Assembly: GCF_009914755.1 (NCBI RefSeq)
Contig: NC_060947.1
Reading direction: 5' to 3' (one strand)
Origin: the human T2T-CHM13v2.0 reference genome, Homo sapiens
DNA length: 64,000 bases
The translations under genes were made by a program, and so were the position numbers. The notes beneath the pieces are model-generated. The model worked only from the letters and a program-made list of their open reading frames with translations, searched no databases and had not been told where the DNA came from. The first letter of the stretch is position 1; every line of letters begins with the position of its first letter. Shown piece by piece: positions 60,696-64,000 of this stretch.

Positions 60696-63284
60696 TTTCA
60701 GGAGCTCTTATAAGGCAGGTGTGATGATAACAAATTCCCTCAGTATTTGCTTGTCTAAAAAGGATCTTATTTCTCCTTCGTTTATGAAGGTTAGTTTGGC
60801 TAGACATGAAATTCTTGGTTGGAATTTCTTTTCTTTAAGAATATTGAATATAGGTCCCAAATCTCTTCCGGCTTGTAGGGTTTCTGCTGAGATGTCTGCT
60901 GTTAGTCCAATGGGCTTCCCTTTGTATATTACCTGGCCTTTCTCTCTAGCTGCCTTCAATATTATTTCTTTCGTTTCAACTTTGGAGAATCAGATGGTTA
61001 TGTGTCTTGGGGATGATCTTCTTGTGAAGTATCTTGCAGGGGTTCTCTGTATTTCCTGAATTTGAATGATGGCCTGCCTATCTAGGTTGGGGAAGTTCTT
61101 GTTGACGATATCCTCAAATATGTTTTGAGATTTGCTTACATTGTCCCCATCTCTTTTAGGGACAGCAATGAGTCATAGATTTCATCTCTTTACATAATCC
61201 TATATTTCTTCGAGATTTCATTCATTGCTTTTTTTTCTGTATCATTATCTGTCTTATTTCAGAAAGCTTATTTTCAACTTTTGAGGGTTTTTGTCAGCTT
61301 GGTCTATTCTTCTACTAATACTTGTGATTGTATTATGAAATTCTTGTAGAGTGCTTGTCAGCTCTATCAAATCACTTAAGTTCTTTTCTATACTGGCCCT
61401 TTTGTCTGTCAGCTCCTGTATTGTTTTATTGTGATTCTTAGCTTCCTTAGATTGGGTTTCAACATTCTTCTAAATCTTGGATGATCTTCATTCCTATCCA
61501 TATTCTGAATTCAGCCATCTCAGCCCAGTAAAGAACCCTTGCTGGAGAACTAATCCAGTCATATGGAGGAAAGAAGGCTTTCTGGCTTTTTGAGTTGTCA
61601 GAGTTCTTGCACTGCTTCTTTTTCATCTTTGTGGGCTGATGTTCCTTCAATATTTGAAGTTGCTGTCCTTTGGATGGGTATTTTTTCTTTCATCCTATAT
61701 GATGACCTTGGGTATTTCATTGTAGTATAAGGTGGGTTCAGTTAACTGGCTTCATTACTGGAAGATCTCAGGGGCCTCTATGATTCAGGACTCCTGGACT
61801 CTGCTCTTATTCTGGGGGACTTTTATCAGGCCCTGGCTTTGATGTCTGGCTCCTCAAAGATAGAAACCTGCTGTGTTGTAGAGACCGACGTGCTCCTGGA
61901 CCACTGGTCACAACACTCCGATGGCTGGTGCCAGCCAAAACACTTTGTAGGTTGGTGGCAGCAGGATTAATCCTTGTTTGCTTGTGCCTGCCTGCAGCAG
62001 CATTGGCAGCATGGCAAGGTGCACACTCATCGCCTGTGGCAGGGTGCTAGTGGGTGCCAGGATACCTGCCTCCATGTAGGCATTTGCAGCAGCAGCAGTG
62101 GCAGTATGGCTCAGAGTGGTGAGGGGCCCTCACCAGCGACTGTGCATGCACTTGCATCAGAGGTGGTGTTAGCACAGGCGTGAGGCACTGGTCAGCACAG
62201 GACTGTGTGAGAGCCCTCAATACACGTTCACGCTGGCAGCAGTGGCCGCTTAGGGCTAAAGGCAGCTTTGCTGTTTTCCTTACCTACTTTTTCACTGGCA
62301 CCCCAGCACAAGGGTGGCACACTGGCAAGGGCGTGGCTGGTAGGCTGCATGCTGCCAGTGCTCTGAGGACAATGGCAATGAGGCATGGGGTGGTGGGGGT
62401 GGGATGCTCTCACACTGGCAGCAGTGGCACTGCAGGGTACACATGCACACTCATGCTGGTGGGGGAAAGAAGGGTAAGTATGCCCACGCATACTGGGAAA
62501 GCAATGTGGGGGTAGCTGTGAGTTAGTACATGCAAGCAAAGCAGCATTGAGAAGGCTGAAGTGGAGAGAGGGCTGGGCCGGCTGGTGGGTGTCAGCAGGG
62601 GCTTCTCAGCTTGAGCACTCTGCTGGTCAGGTGTGGTCTGCCAGTGCTGGAGCTATGATGCAGGCCCTCAGGAGGTACCTGGAGGCTGTACTGCAAGCAG
62701 GTGGGGCTAGACTGGGGCCCCAAGAGAGGCCAGTAGGCCAAGGGGTGCTCAGGTTGGACTGGCCTCGTCTGATGGGCAAGACCACCCTGCAGCATTCAGG
62801 TATGACAGCTTCCCTAGGTCTAAAGTCTCCCATGGGACATCCCTAAGGGGATGGGCATTTCTGGCTGTGCTCCACTACAAATGCTCCTGCACCAAACCCT
62901 CTGTGATCTGCCACAGCTGGACTTCTACCCCTGCAACTTCTCTAAGCAATTTTCTTGCCAACTTAAGTGTCCATGGTGGTGGAGGGGTCTCCTCCTGCTG
63001 GGATTCCAGATACCCATAGCGAGAGTGGGTTGCTCCTTGCCTGTTCAACTTACCCCCTCTGCAGGAGTCACTGGGGTCCAGGAACAAGTCTAGGTGTGTG
63101 GTATCCCTCTGGAGGGCTCCCAGCTTCCTCCCTCTTCAGCCCAACCTCTGTGTCTTCCTTCCAATTGCCCTCGATGCCTTTCCTCTGAAGATCTGCTAGG
63201 AATGTGCGAGTCTTCCTGATGCGTCAATCCCTCTGTGGGAGATGTTCCTACTGGTTGTGTCTAGTTGGCCACCTTTTACTTTCT

Positions 63285-64000
63285 CCAGTTCTCTAATTCT
63301 TCAACACCAACTGAGTGCCTGACAATTCAGTACAATTCTGATACTAACTCCTAGAATTACCATCAGACCCCACAGGTTAAAGGCTTAGTTCCATAAGACT
63401 GTCTCCCCCATCAGATGCCAGCCACAAATGGGGTACCCAGACTACCAACATTTCTATCCAGCTAACTACAAATTCAGGAGTTTCCACATCCCATCCTCTC
63501 AGATTTGATAATTTGCTAGAACTATTCACAGGATTCAGGAAAACACTTTACTTATATTTACTGATTTATTATAAAGAGTACAATTCAGGAACAGCCAAAT
63601 GGAATAGATGCATAAGGTAAGATATAAGGAGGTGTATGGCACTTCCATGCCCTTCATAGTTATGCCACCCTCCCAGCATGTTGATGTGTTCACCACCTAG
63701 AAGCTCCTTGAGCCCCATCATTTAGGCGGTTTTATTAAGATTTCATTAGGTAAGCATGATTGATAAATTATTGGAGATTGGTGACAGAACTCAATCTTTA
63801 GCCCCTCTTTCATCCCTGGAGTTCAGGAGGTGTGAATGAAATTTCCAACCCTTTAATCATGACTTGCTCTTTCTGGCAGCCTGCCCCTATCCTGAAGCTA
63901 TCTAGGGGCCAGCCACTAGCCATTCTATTAGCATAAACTCAAGTACGATTTAAAGAGATTTGTTATGAATGGCAAAATAATTCCTATAACTCTGGAAATT
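63285..64000 (-). mobile_element. MER21-type LTR (small left piece at ~55700-55759)
   Basis: caattctgatactaactcc...cagaccccacaggttaaaggcttagttccataagactg. Confidence 0.8.

Overview
Primate genomic DNA (hominoid-like: it carries AluY and L1PA2 diagnostics). The window is gene-poor and dominated by retroelements, with over half of it LINE-1 by my boundary estimates. No intact protein-coding gene is supported; nearly all ORF-track entries are L1/ERV fragments or chance ORFs. The one gene-derived sequence is an old, disrupted processed pseudogene of CTDSPL2/SCP4 (~32.2-35.9 kb). Other contents: a two-LTR ERV1 provirus (7.06-12.14 kb), ERVL and MER4 remnants, two full-length old L1PA elements, a near full-length L1MA, and several solo LTRs, Alus and MIRs. 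The most interesting structure is at 32-51 kb. (i) Swapped target-site duplications (TSDs) indicate a ~3.8-kb inversion between two inverted L1MA copies that split the pseudogene 3'UTR. (ii) Two separate inverted L1 pairs share private mutations, suggesting gene conversion, in one case between different subfamilies. (iii) One L1PA2 carries both a 3' transduction and a 5' twin-priming inversion. Repeat subfamily names and consensus comparisons come from memory and need RepeatMasker/Dfam confirmation. I see no evidence for a novel coding system.
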